From contig JBJCIZ010000722.1 of NCBI GenBank assembly GCA_051294375.1, positions 1-18,362 on the forward strand: DNA of 18,362 nt, written 5' to 3'. A program made the position numbers and the translations under genes. This document shows, piece after piece, positions 1 to 8,766 of this stretch. This DNA comes from Paraspadella gotoi (lineage: Eukaryota; Animalia; Chaetognatha). Position 1 is the first letter of the stretch; each line of letters starts with the position of its first letter. Below the pieces are notes generated by a model. The model was not told the origin of the DNA and did not search any database. It was given only the letters and a program-made list of their open reading frames with translations.

Positions 1-374
1 TTCGGGGAGGGAGCTCGGTTCGTTGAAAATGTCTCCGGTCATTGTTCTCCGTTGTTTCTTTTTTCTTCCTCAATTTTACGCCATTCTCTAATTGTGTTTC
101 TTCCGAATCAGGCGCAAGTTAAAAGTTTATTATAAATTCTATAAAATATGGTTTTTAATTCCGAAAATATCTGTATCAAGATTAAAAATTTCTTTAATTA
201 CATACGGTTATTCGTTACGTATGTTATATTATTGGAGAAAAAACTCGTCGCTCCGAAAAATCGGTATTTCCTCGGTCCATTTGCGATGAATTTCGTTCCC
301 AAGAAATTCGTTTGCAATGAATATTCCCGGTTTATGTCGACGAGGCCGATTTGAAATCTCGAGATGGAGGCGAA

Positions 375-450
375 CGACGACGACGAGCGAGACGACGACG
401 ACGTAGACGTACGAACGACGACGACGACACGACGACGATCGACACGACGA
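375..450. repeat. Imperfect (GAC)n trinucleotide repeat
   Basis: Seen directly; a (GCG/GCT)n run follows at ~549-577. Confidence 0.8.
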
Positions 451-1026
451 ACTTATTTCCCTACGTGCGGTCAAAAGCCCTCCCTCCGTCAGATCTATGT
501 AATTAAAAACGTAGAATTGGAGACGGTCAAGCGGCGACTATTAATGGAGGCGGCGGCTGCGGCGGCTGCGGCTGCGGGAGCGTGGGCGGTCGGGTTTCTC
601 GTAGGTTAGTCGATGGGGAGACCGAAGAGCGGATCGGATGGTTGAAAGGTTGAAATGAAAAGTGGTAAGGCGGAATCGTGAGTGGAGATTAGGCGTTGTG
701 ACGTCCCGAAGAGACTCGGGTAGAAAGACGTGGGCAAAAAAAAGTGGGATTTAAACATAACTGGAGCTAAGAAATAATAGTAAGTTAGTGAGGAGGAAAA
801 GAGGAGGATCAGCCGAAGTTGGAAAAATCTCACAGTGTCGGTGAAAAGGAGGGTAAAAAGAGGAGACAGAAACCAAGTGAAACTGCTAATAACTGAATAG
901 AAAGAGTGAACTACTTATCGGTTCGTGAGAAAATGGATCTGGAATTATCTTTACTATAAGTAAAATCAAATCAAACGGATAATCTACGAAATAATATAAC
1001 ATCGAATATGAATCAAATGGCAGCGA

Positions 1027-1368
1027 ATGAGTGGGAGGTGGGGAGAGAATGGAGTGGAGAGGAAGGAAAAATTAAAGGAAGAGAAAAAGAAGAATTGCGC
1101 GGGAAAGACGATGAGTGGAGGAGGTGGGAGAGAATGAGGAGAGGAAACGGGAAAATAAAGGGAATTAAGAAAAAGTAAGAATTGCGGGACAGGACGAAAT
1201 GAGTGGAGAGGTGGGAGAGAATGAGGGAGAGGAAAGAAAAAATAAGGAAGAGAAAAAGAAAGAATTGCGCGGAAAGGACGAAATGAGTGAGAGAGGTGGG
1301 AGAGAATGGAGTGGGAGAGAAAGGAAAATAAGGAAGGAAAAGAAAAAAAGAATTGGCGGAAAGAGAAA
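1027..1368. repeat. Purine-rich minisatellite, 4 degenerate copies of ~84-88 bp
   Basis: Units start ATGAGTG at about 1027, 1111, 1199 and 1283. Each has GAGGTGGG(G)AGAGAATG...AAGAATTG; copies differ by many small indels. Confidence 0.85.
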
Positions 1369-1472
1369 ATGACTTTGTACTTTCGAGTTACAAAAAAAAA
1401 TTTTACCACAGCTACCAATAAATGCAATTATCTCATTGTTATTGTCAGGGAGGTTTTTTTAACATTTTATAT

Positions 1473-1640
1473 CTTTTTCTTTTTTCTTTTTTTTCTTTTT
1501 TTTTTCTTTTTTTCTTCTTTTCCTGTTCTTATTCTTTTCTTTTTCTTTTTCTTTTTTCTTTTCCTTTTCTTCTTCTTCTCTTTTTTCTTTTCCAATCTTT
1601 AACATTTTTTACTTCTTCTTTTTCCATTTTTTCTTTTGGC
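1473..1640. repeat. Polypyrimidine (T/C) low-complexity tract
   Basis: Near-continuous TTTTC-type runs. Confidence 0.85.
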
Positions 1641-1735
1641 GAACGTGGGCGGAGGCTGAACGCCGAGTTCATCGAGGATTGAAAATCTGAATGCATCTAG
1701 GATGCGGAAAATGTTGTATTTTGCGATGATACTCT

Positions 1736-1787
1736 ACTCTCTCTCTCTCTCTCTTTCTCTCTCTCATTCTCTCCTCCTCTCTCTCTC

Positions 1788-1822
<35 letters not shown>
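1736..1822. repeat. (CT)n microsatellite, imperfect
   Basis: Seen directly. Confidence 0.9.
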
Positions 1823-1825
<3 letters not shown>

Positions 1826-2017
1826 CTGTCGATCATCTGACATAATAATACAAATAAACAAGGAGATCTGCTCTCAAAAAAACAATTATGATGATTAAAA
1901 AAAATGCCTGGATTTCCATAATATTATTTCTGGAAATCTTTTTTAATTAGTTATAGCCACAGCGTCCTTAACAAATTGAACAAACAAACTAAAAACTAAA
2001 CTGCTAAAACGGAGACG

Positions 2018-2045
2018 AGTAGTAGTAAAGAGAAGGTGCCAATTG
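2018..2045 (+). other. Candidate left terminus (start of terminal inverted repeat) of the Polinton
   Basis: AGTAGTAGTAAAGAGAAGG resembles the 5'-AG/(AGT)n simple-repeat ends of Polintons and lies ~310 bp before the first gene. The matching right TIR is not in the window. Confidence 0.4.
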
Positions 2046-2330
2046 GGACAGTTTTGAATTTTGAAGAAGAAAAGGCAATTTGTGTTAGAAAGCCTTTTGT
2101 TTGAGTTTTAAAAAGTTTTTCTAAGTTTATCGGGCTAAATCGAGCTGACAGGGAAAAAAGAAATTAGTTTTAAAGATCTTTTTTTTTCTTTTCTAAAATT
2201 TTTAAATTAAAAAACATCGGATCGATCTCAAGCATAAAATGCGTTAAAACTTTTTTTTTTTTTTTTGATGAGTTTTCTTGTGGAGCTGTTAGATATCACT
2301 TTTTACTTAATGTAAAAAGTAGAATTTAAA

Positions 2331-2750
2331 ATGGAAGAATTTTCTAACATGTACGGAAAATCGCAAGAGAAAAATGTAATTTTACTATTTTCAAATCGTA
2401 TCAGTTGTGTAATGAAGTAAATAAACACAACCCATGTTTAATACAAAATCTTCCTTTACAAAGGAATTATACAATCAATTCTGAAACTATTCCAACTCTT
2501 CCTTTAACATCGCATAATAATATTCTAATGGGAACTGTCATTGCGCTTATTTTGCTTATTGTGATTATTGCGGTTATAACGTTTTGGAAATTCCTCGATA
2601 AACTAGTGAGTTGTGATCTTTTGTTTTTTTCAGTATCATTTATATAGAACTCGTTTAATCGTATTTCAGAAAAATGAACGACGTCTAATTAACACAGAAG
2701 GTCACCTAAACGAAGCCTTTGAACTCACAGAATTTGGAGAAGAAAGGTAA
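2331..2750 (+). pseudogene. Short paralog of the membrane protein gene with a frameshift near the start (pseudogene or assembly indel)
   Basis: The frame from 2348 reads HVRKIAREKCNFTIFKSYQLCNE, against RIAREKCHFTIFKSFQICNKE in the minus-strand gene. Both starts share AATTTAAAATGGAA, but ATG 2331 is 1 nt out of frame. TM helix, intron 2606-2669 in the same post-TM position, then KNER versus TNER. A possible further exon at 2804-2848 is also out of phase. Confidence 0.65.
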
Positions 2751-2880
2751 AACAAAAAAATGATTATTTATTTAAGATTTTAATTACAAAATAAACATTT
2801 TAGGTGATGGTGGCATTTGATGAATCAGAGGTCGTTACTTCGATTTAAAGTGTCTCGGAATGGTGAAGAAATTTCTTTTT

Positions 2881-3326
2881 TTAATGTCTTTTGCTTTTGT
2901 TGGGTTGTTGAAATACACTGGTAAATAAATAGAAGAATAGTTTTATTTTCTAATAAGAAGATTTATTAAATAAATCGTAATAAGATAAACATATTTGTTT
3001 ACCTGACTGGTTCAAGATAGTTTTCTTCTTCGTTTTTTTCTATTATGTCCTCAGTATGTCCTACCGCAGATCTGTCGCTACTGTCATTGTCGTTGTTGTC
3101 GTTGTCATCAAACACACTGTGGAGTATTTAAACATTAATTAAGCAATTTTTGTATTATTAAATTTCAATTTTTTTTACCTTCGTTCAACGAAACCATCCC
3201 ATTCTAAACTATCAATTTCTTCATAATCGTTTTCTTCAATAGTGGAGTTTTGTGCGATGTGAGTAGTAACTAAAAATATCATTGTATTTAAGTTAGACAA
3301 TTTAATATGTGTAGCATTAGTAAAAA

Positions 3327-3371
<45 letters not shown>

Positions 3372-4430
3372 AAAAGAACTAAATATTACTTTGAGATGGC
3401 GAGGAAAACGAGGTCATAGCGACCGACGGATTTTCTAATGTGAAGGGGGCATTCCGTAACTCCAATTCTTGTCGCCGTCTGATTGCATCATTAAAACGTT
3501 TATTTCGCCAAACCATAACTCGTTCGTTGGTCTTTAAAAAAGGGAAATTTATGTATATAAAATCAGTAATAAAATAAAGATGAACGTCTAGATATTAATT
3601 AATAAACTTACAGAGTTACGAAGAAATTTTTTGATGAGAAATCCGGCGAGTACGACGATTACGGCGAGTACGGCGAGTATGGCGAGCGCTGTTATTGAGG
3701 AGGCTATAATTGTCACATTTCCGATGGCAGGAGTTATGGTAAGGTTTGTATTGTTTAATTCGGATTGATAGGTTGCCGTTGTATTTGTTAAAAAAGGTGT
3801 CTTGATAGTGCTTGTATTCTTCAATCTGGATTGGTAAGTCGCAGTCGTGGTTGGGAAAATCACATTTGTAGGGAAAGGTGTTTCAGAAGGGAGAGTCTGA
3901 AAAGGGACTGGATTAGGTAACGAGTTCGTTTGCGTCGATGAGAATAGAGAGAGAGAGAGAGAGGGTGAGAAAGAGTGTGAGAGAGTGTTAGTGAGAGGTG
4001 AAAAATTTGAAATTTCAATTTTATTTTCGTGAAGTGTTAATTCCGATGGGAAGGTGAAATGTTTATAATCGCTTGAAGAAGATTCATTGAGAAACGATAG
4101 TGTTTGAGTCATTTTTAAATCATTCAAATTAGTTTCTTTAGTAAAGGGTTCAATTATATAACGAGTTGTTAGAGCTATATTTTTCGTATTATCAGAGCAA
4201 AGTGACTGTGTGAGAAAAGAAGGTGAAATTTCGTTTGATGAAGAGACAAGATTCGACGACGAATCAATCGAGTCAGACTTAGTTTCCGTGGGTAAAGTGG
4301 AAATGTTTAAGTAATTTAAAACGCAATTATTTTCGATTGTCTCTTTATTACAGATTTGAAAACTTTTAAAAATTGTAAAATGACACTTTTCTCTCGCGAT
4401 TCTGATACAGTTTTTTCTCAGTAATTCCAT
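2881..4430 (-). CDS. Mucin-like single-pass membrane protein with tyrosine-motif cytoplasmic tail, ~400 aa, 5 exons (4430-3612, 3531-3390, 3269-3179, 3116-3003, 2917-2881)
   Basis: 4-Cys N-terminus, S/T/P-rich stalk and TM helix (ITALAILAVLAVIVVLAGFLI-KK). Donor TCT|GTAAGT at 3611 and later phase-compatible introns give the tail TNERVMVWRN...ENDYEEIDSLEWDGF...EEENYLEPV-SVFQQPNKSKRH*. If the last intron is unspliced the protein stops at 2999. Confidence 0.75.
3330..3367. repeat. (GA)n microsatellite inside intron 3389-3270
   Basis: Seen directly. Confidence 0.9.
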
Positions 4431-5080
4431 TTTAAATTTTATTATTTGTTCCTTCAATATGAGGGCTCGTTTATTGTTTTTTTGACTAACAAAAAAGCTA
4501 GGTTTTAAAAAAGAAAAAAAACCCTTATCTTACTAATAAATGATTAATTGCTTTCCACTTCGGTTTTAACTTTATTTAACTGAGTTTTCTTTAAGAAAAG
4601 GACTAAATTTTTAATTTTATTTAGAGTAGTGAGATTAAGGAGGTTTCTGTTTCCACTTAAGCATTTTCTTTTTTCCCTTCTCGTTAGATAAAATCCATGA
4701 GGAATGATCTCGTTAGTGTATTTGTGACTTCACTTCAGTTTTATCGTTCTTTTTATTCTTAATTAAAGCAGATGTGTCTAACTCGAAATTCCTAAAATAT
4801 TTAACTTATTAAGCCAAATTTCATATATATATATTTATCTTCATTAAATCCGAAAATAAAATTGAGTTACGGAACCAGGGAAAAATAAAAGATCATTTTT
4901 ATTTGCGAAATTATTTATTTAATAATAAAAAGTTCGGTTGTATTTATAAACTAAAATACATTCTCAAATATCAATGGTTTTAAACAAATAACTATGGAAG
5001 AAAAAATGAAAGTCAACTCGTTGTGTTATTTATTAATAGATAAGGTTAAATCATCATTTTTTCGTTTTTTTTTTTTTTTA

Positions 5081-5341
5081 TCATTTTTTCTTTTTTTTTC
5101 TTCTCCTTTTTTGAGTAGCGAACGAAGAGGTCACTCTCCTTCTTATCGTCGAACCGCCCTTTGAAATATGACAAATGAAACAATCACTGGTTAGTCGATT
5201 TTATTTATTACAATTCGTTTTCTATACCTTTCTTTTTTTTCGTCTCCTTCGTCTCCCACGTCGGCGTTCTCCTGTTCTTCGTCGTTTTGCAGCAAGTTCT
5301 CGCTGAAGCGTAGCCAGATCGATATTTTTTGAGGTGAACAT
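5081..5341 (-). CDS. Arginine/lysine-rich protamine-like putative core protein, 63 aa, 2 exons (5341-5228, 5158-5081)
   Basis: MFTSKNIDLATLQRELAAKRRRTGERRRGRRRRRKKRK|GGSTIRRRVTSSFATQKRRRKKKKK*. The 69-nt intron AAG|GTATAG...GACTAAC...TCAAAG| has a canonical branch point. 30 of 63 residues are K/R. AATAAA follows at about 5034-5029. Confidence 0.75.
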
Positions 5342-5345
5342 TATT

Positions 5346-5546
5346 TCAGTTCAAGATTTGTATTTTTTCAATTTGATTTTTTTGATTTGTTATGTTGAAA
5401 TCAGTCAGATTCCCGTAAAGAATCGGAAATTTAAGTGAGAGCCAATTTGAAATAAGCAGACTAATAACCGCTATACAAATGAGCAGTTTCCAAAAGTAAT
5501 TTTTAATTTTGATTATAAAAGATGAGTTCTCACTTATATTTTGCAT
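5346..5546 (-). CDS. Small single-pass membrane protein, 66 aa
   Basis: ATG 8 nt after the protease stop. Hydrophobic helix FWKLLICIAVISLLISNWL, with basic residues before it and N-glycosylation sequons NLT and NIT after it. Confidence 0.55.
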   Translation of the reverse strand: MQNISENSSFIIKIKNYFWKLLICIAVISLLISNWLSLKFPILYGNLTDFNITNQKNQIEKIQILN

Positions 5547-5554
5547 TCTGTAAA

Positions 5555-6097
5555 TTATAAATGAAACATCTTGATAACACTCCTTATTACATGGTTTTCA
5601 ATCGTTTTTAAAGAATATTTAAGTAATAAAGTTTTTAATTTAAAAAGATAATTCATGTTTTTATTACGAGAAAATTTATAAACATGGTAGAGTATATGGA
5701 ACCCACAAGCTTTTGAGACATCAGTCTGAGATTTTAAGTGTAATCTTTTTAAAGATAAAGAATGTTTAGAGCAGAAGTCGATAATGGATTCATTTACATG
5801 CGGAAAATCTTCTCCCAATCTTTCCAGGGGGTCAATTATTACAGCAATATTATGTACAAAATAAATACACAGTAATAACCAATGACCGATTTTATCATGT
5901 TGTGATTCCGAAGAACTCAAAGTATTTATGATTATTGCAAGTCTATGTTTTCTTTTATTAAGGTCAATGTTGTATAATTCGTCATAGGAGAGAATCAACT
6001 TTCCTTTTAAAGTTCTCATGTAACTCAAATTATCTTTTTTTAAAATTAGTTTTAAGTCATTGTCTGAAGTAATCAAGTCGTTGTTAGTGAAATCCAT
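5555..6097 (-). CDS. Adenain/Ulp1-like (clan CE) maturation cysteine protease, 180 aa, intronless
   Basis: Catalytic pattern IINT...IGHWLLL (His), IIDPL (Asp) and SQTDVSKACGFHIL (Gln...Cys). The first ATG is at 6097; the ORF-track start at 6148 is TTG. Confidence 0.9.
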   Translation of the reverse strand: MDFTNNDLITSDNDLKLILKKDNLSYMRTLKGKLILSYDELYNIDLNKRKHRLAIIINTLSSSESQHDKIGHWLLLCIYFVHNIAVIIDPLERLGEDFPHVNESIIDFCSKHSLSLKRLHLKSQTDVSKACGFHILYHVYKFSRNKNMNYLFKLKTLLLKYSLKTIENHVIRSVIKMFHL

Positions 6098-6131
6098 ATT
6101 TTCTTTTTTTAAGTTATAAAATTGTGACAAG

Positions 6132-8370
6132 TTATTGTTCAATGTCAACTGATTGAAAAACCAATCGATTGGATTTCACTATCAACGACCTGGCTTGAGT
6201 GAAGATCACCGTAGCGTTAATGACATAAGTTGTCGGTTCTTCAAAACTTAAATAAAGACGATATTCATTCGCGGGATTTATTGTTGACTGTAACGACTGT
6301 GAATCGTTTAAATTCACGTTATTTATTGAAGGTGAAATTTTAAAAGGTAACATAAATTTTGAGTTTAGGAAGACTTCGCGCGTGAAACTTCCGGTACCCT
6401 CCCGGTTTAAGAATCCTAATGTATCAGCGACATACAAATATGACGCTTTTTTTGCCCACTCATCGACAAACGAGTAACCATCCACATCACCTATTTTATT
6501 TAGGAATAAAACAAAAAAATATTTTTTACTCAGTAGTTGCATTTTGTTTATACAAAAATTATAGTGTTACCTGAATGTCCAAGTGGTAATGAGGGTATCT
6601 TGGAATTTACGCCGATCTCAATAAACGCCCGTGCCAATTTATGTCGTTTGAATTCATAAAACGAGCTTTGATAAGTACCATTGTACTCAGTGTTCTTATG
6701 TAAGATCAAGATGGCAAAGGAAAAAGGATTCTTTAGGGTGAGTGTGATGAATTTGTTTGTAATTCCTTTCACGATAATATTAATTATTATAAAATTATAA
6801 TTAAACAACAAAATTAAAAAATAACAAGTTTTACCAGTTTCTATTGAGTAGACCTTGGCGAATGTAGCCTAGGTAGAGAGAGAAAGAAAGATTTTTTATT
6901 TTTATTTTTATGCATACACATTTAAATAAAAAAAGATATACATTGTAATTTATCTGGATTGGTTTTGAATTTAAAGAGCTTTCAATTTGTTGTAGTAAAT
7001 TCGGTCGGAGGAGAACGAGGTTGGCGAATAAAACACATTCTGATAGTGAAAAAAAGTAATTAATTTATAATAATATTAATAATAATAATGATAATAATAA
7101 TATTAATAATATTAATAATAGTTATCAACCTTTGACTTTGAATATTGGTTTTAACGCAGTGTTTTGTGTGTAGAAATATCTTTCAGCTGAGAAAAAGAAG
7201 GACAAAAAAATAATACTACAATATGCTATGTTTTAGTATTATTTAAGAGACTTACGATTTGTCAGGTAGAATTGAAGGGTTATATCAAGATTATTTGGCA
7301 ATAAACAATTCATAGTTGACAAAGGACTGAAAAAAAGTAGACGAAATCTTAGTGCTTTTTTGTTAAGCAATAAAATTGTTCTTTTTCCATTTTCTCCTTT
7401 CGGAATCTGTTTCGTTACTCCTGCTATCGTTTTAGCTTCAAAATAGCTCGAGACATCGGTGGACACTGTGTCTTTTTTTAAACAAAAAAGGAAGAGGTAG
7501 AATTAATAATTATGTATATTGAATGTATATTATTTAAACATTAATAAACATATATACTTACCATCATCTTCTACAAAATATTCAAATTCTCTTAAAAAAG
7601 ATTTTTTGGCAGCTTCTGAATATTTTGTTATATAGTTGGTGCGAGCTATGAGGCTGTAATTCGTGTCGTACTAAAAAAAGGAAGAATTCCCTTTTTTTTC
7701 CAAAATTTATTAATTAATTAATTAATTAATACCTTAACTAATTGTGCTTGTCCTACGTTCAAATTCACACTATCGAACAAACCGTGCCCCATCAAAGGAA
7801 CACAAGAAAAGTCTGTATTAGTTAAAGCTGTGCCATCTGAATTTGTAACTTCAATTTCTATGTCCAAAAAAAATCGGTGTGGATTTAAAAAAGCAGTTTT
7901 TTCGTTGAACCTAAAACTGATCGCTCGACCGCCTAGAAATTGATAAAAAAAAACGTATTAGTAAATAAATAATAAATAATAAATATCAAATAAAACAAGA
8001 AGCTCACCTTTTGAAAGTTCAGTGGTGTCCTCTTATCCGTAAAGAAAGAAAATGAAAAGAAACAAAATAATAACTGTCAAGAGATTATTCAGAAATTGAT
8101 CTAAAATAAAAATACTCATCTATTATTCTTTTCTTTCACGTTCGTCACCTGGATTGACTCTTATGTATCCTGTTTTTAAAAAAAAACTTTCATCTTGTAT
8201 GTATATATATATATATATATATTAGACAAAATATTTAATAGTTTACCATTAAAGAGACAACCATCTTCGAGATACACTTCATTATTCAAAAGTGAAGTGA
8301 TTTGTGGTGTGGTGATTGTTGTTGGTGTAGCAAAAGTCGGCATATCTCGGTATCGGATACTTTCCGCCAT
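6132..8370 (-). CDS. MCP: Double jelly-roll major capsid protein, ~476 aa, 11 exons (8370-8247, 8169-8149, 8031-8008, 7932-7733, 7670-7562, 7465-7256, 7186-7130, 7039-6942, 6868-6835, 6765-6571, 6490-6132)
   Basis: Ten GT-AG introns of 62-117 nt, all phase-compatible. The product shows Polinton MCP-like segments: ISFRF...FLNPHRFFLDIEIEVTNSDGT...HGLFDSVNL; YITKYSEAAKKSFL...FVED; LLPNNLDITL; LRPNLLQQIESSL; YNGTYQSSFYEFKRH...IPSLPL; FMLPFKISP...YRLYLSFEEP. An alternative in-frame acceptor at 7472 adds 2 aa. Confidence 0.9.
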
Positions 8371-8410
8371 TTTTCTTTTTTCGCCTTTTTTATATTCCTC
8401 TCCTGTTTTT

Positions 8411-8722
8411 TCAGATAAAGTTGTGAGGGGTGACTTTTTGTTTTTTCTTCTTTCCTTGAGTGGATTTTAATTCGTTATCTGTTTTATTAGGCGGAAGTTT
8501 TCTTTTTCTGGAATCAACGTTATTTTTATTGTTGTTATCTTTTGCAGGTTGCGTCTCTATCCTTTTTCTAGGTGTCGCTTCGGTCTGTTTAAAGACAGGT
8601 TCCTGTGCTTTGCTATTTTGTTGATTTTGAGATGCAGCGAAATAAGGAAGCAACAGTGATGTAATGTCTGAATTGAATCCAAATTTTTGCTGCTGTTCTG
8701 GAAGTGAATTATACCAACTCAT
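8411..8722 (-). CDS. Small basic low-complexity protein, 103 aa (position of Maverick PW/core-like protein)
   Basis: ATG-initiated ORF that fills the gap between penton and MCP. Q/N-rich with basic clusters (RKRK, KKKKQK). Function is inferred from synteny only. Confidence 0.65.
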   Translation of the reverse strand: MSWYNSLPEQQQKFGFNSDITSLLLPYFAASQNQQNSKAQEPVFKQTEATPRKRIETQPAKDNNNKNNVDSRKRKLPPNKTDNELKSTQGKKKKQKVTPHNFI

Positions 8723-8766
8723 GATCTAAAAAAAAACCCAAAAAAATCAAATCAAAACAAATCAAA

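Noticed and set aside
278-319. Imperfect hairpin CATTTGCGATGAATTTC...GAAATTCGTTTGCAATG
   Set aside because: Short, mismatched and not linked to any other feature.
1027-1368. Regularly spaced repeats as a CRISPR array
   Set aside because: Whole units are repeated with no unique spacers, the context is eukaryotic and there are no cas genes; it is a minisatellite.
984-1682. ORF-track ORFs 984..1427, 1306..1602 and 1422..1682
   Set aside because: They are translations of purine/pyrimidine low-complexity tracts (poly-F, poly-K/E) with no independent coding signal.
4642-4654. ISRE/IRF-like motif GGTTTCTGTTTCC upstream of the membrane-protein gene
   Set aside because: A single short match is plausible by chance in 18 kb of AT-rich DNA, and the host is unknown.
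8074-8101. Extra MCP exon after the acceptor-like TTTTAG at 8101
   Set aside because: It needs introns under 50 nt and either runs into a stop or puts the downstream exons out of phase.
6132-8370. Fragmented capsid ORFs as a decayed pseudogene
   Set aside because: Every interruption is bounded by GT...AG in a compatible phase, and the joined exons contain no stop.
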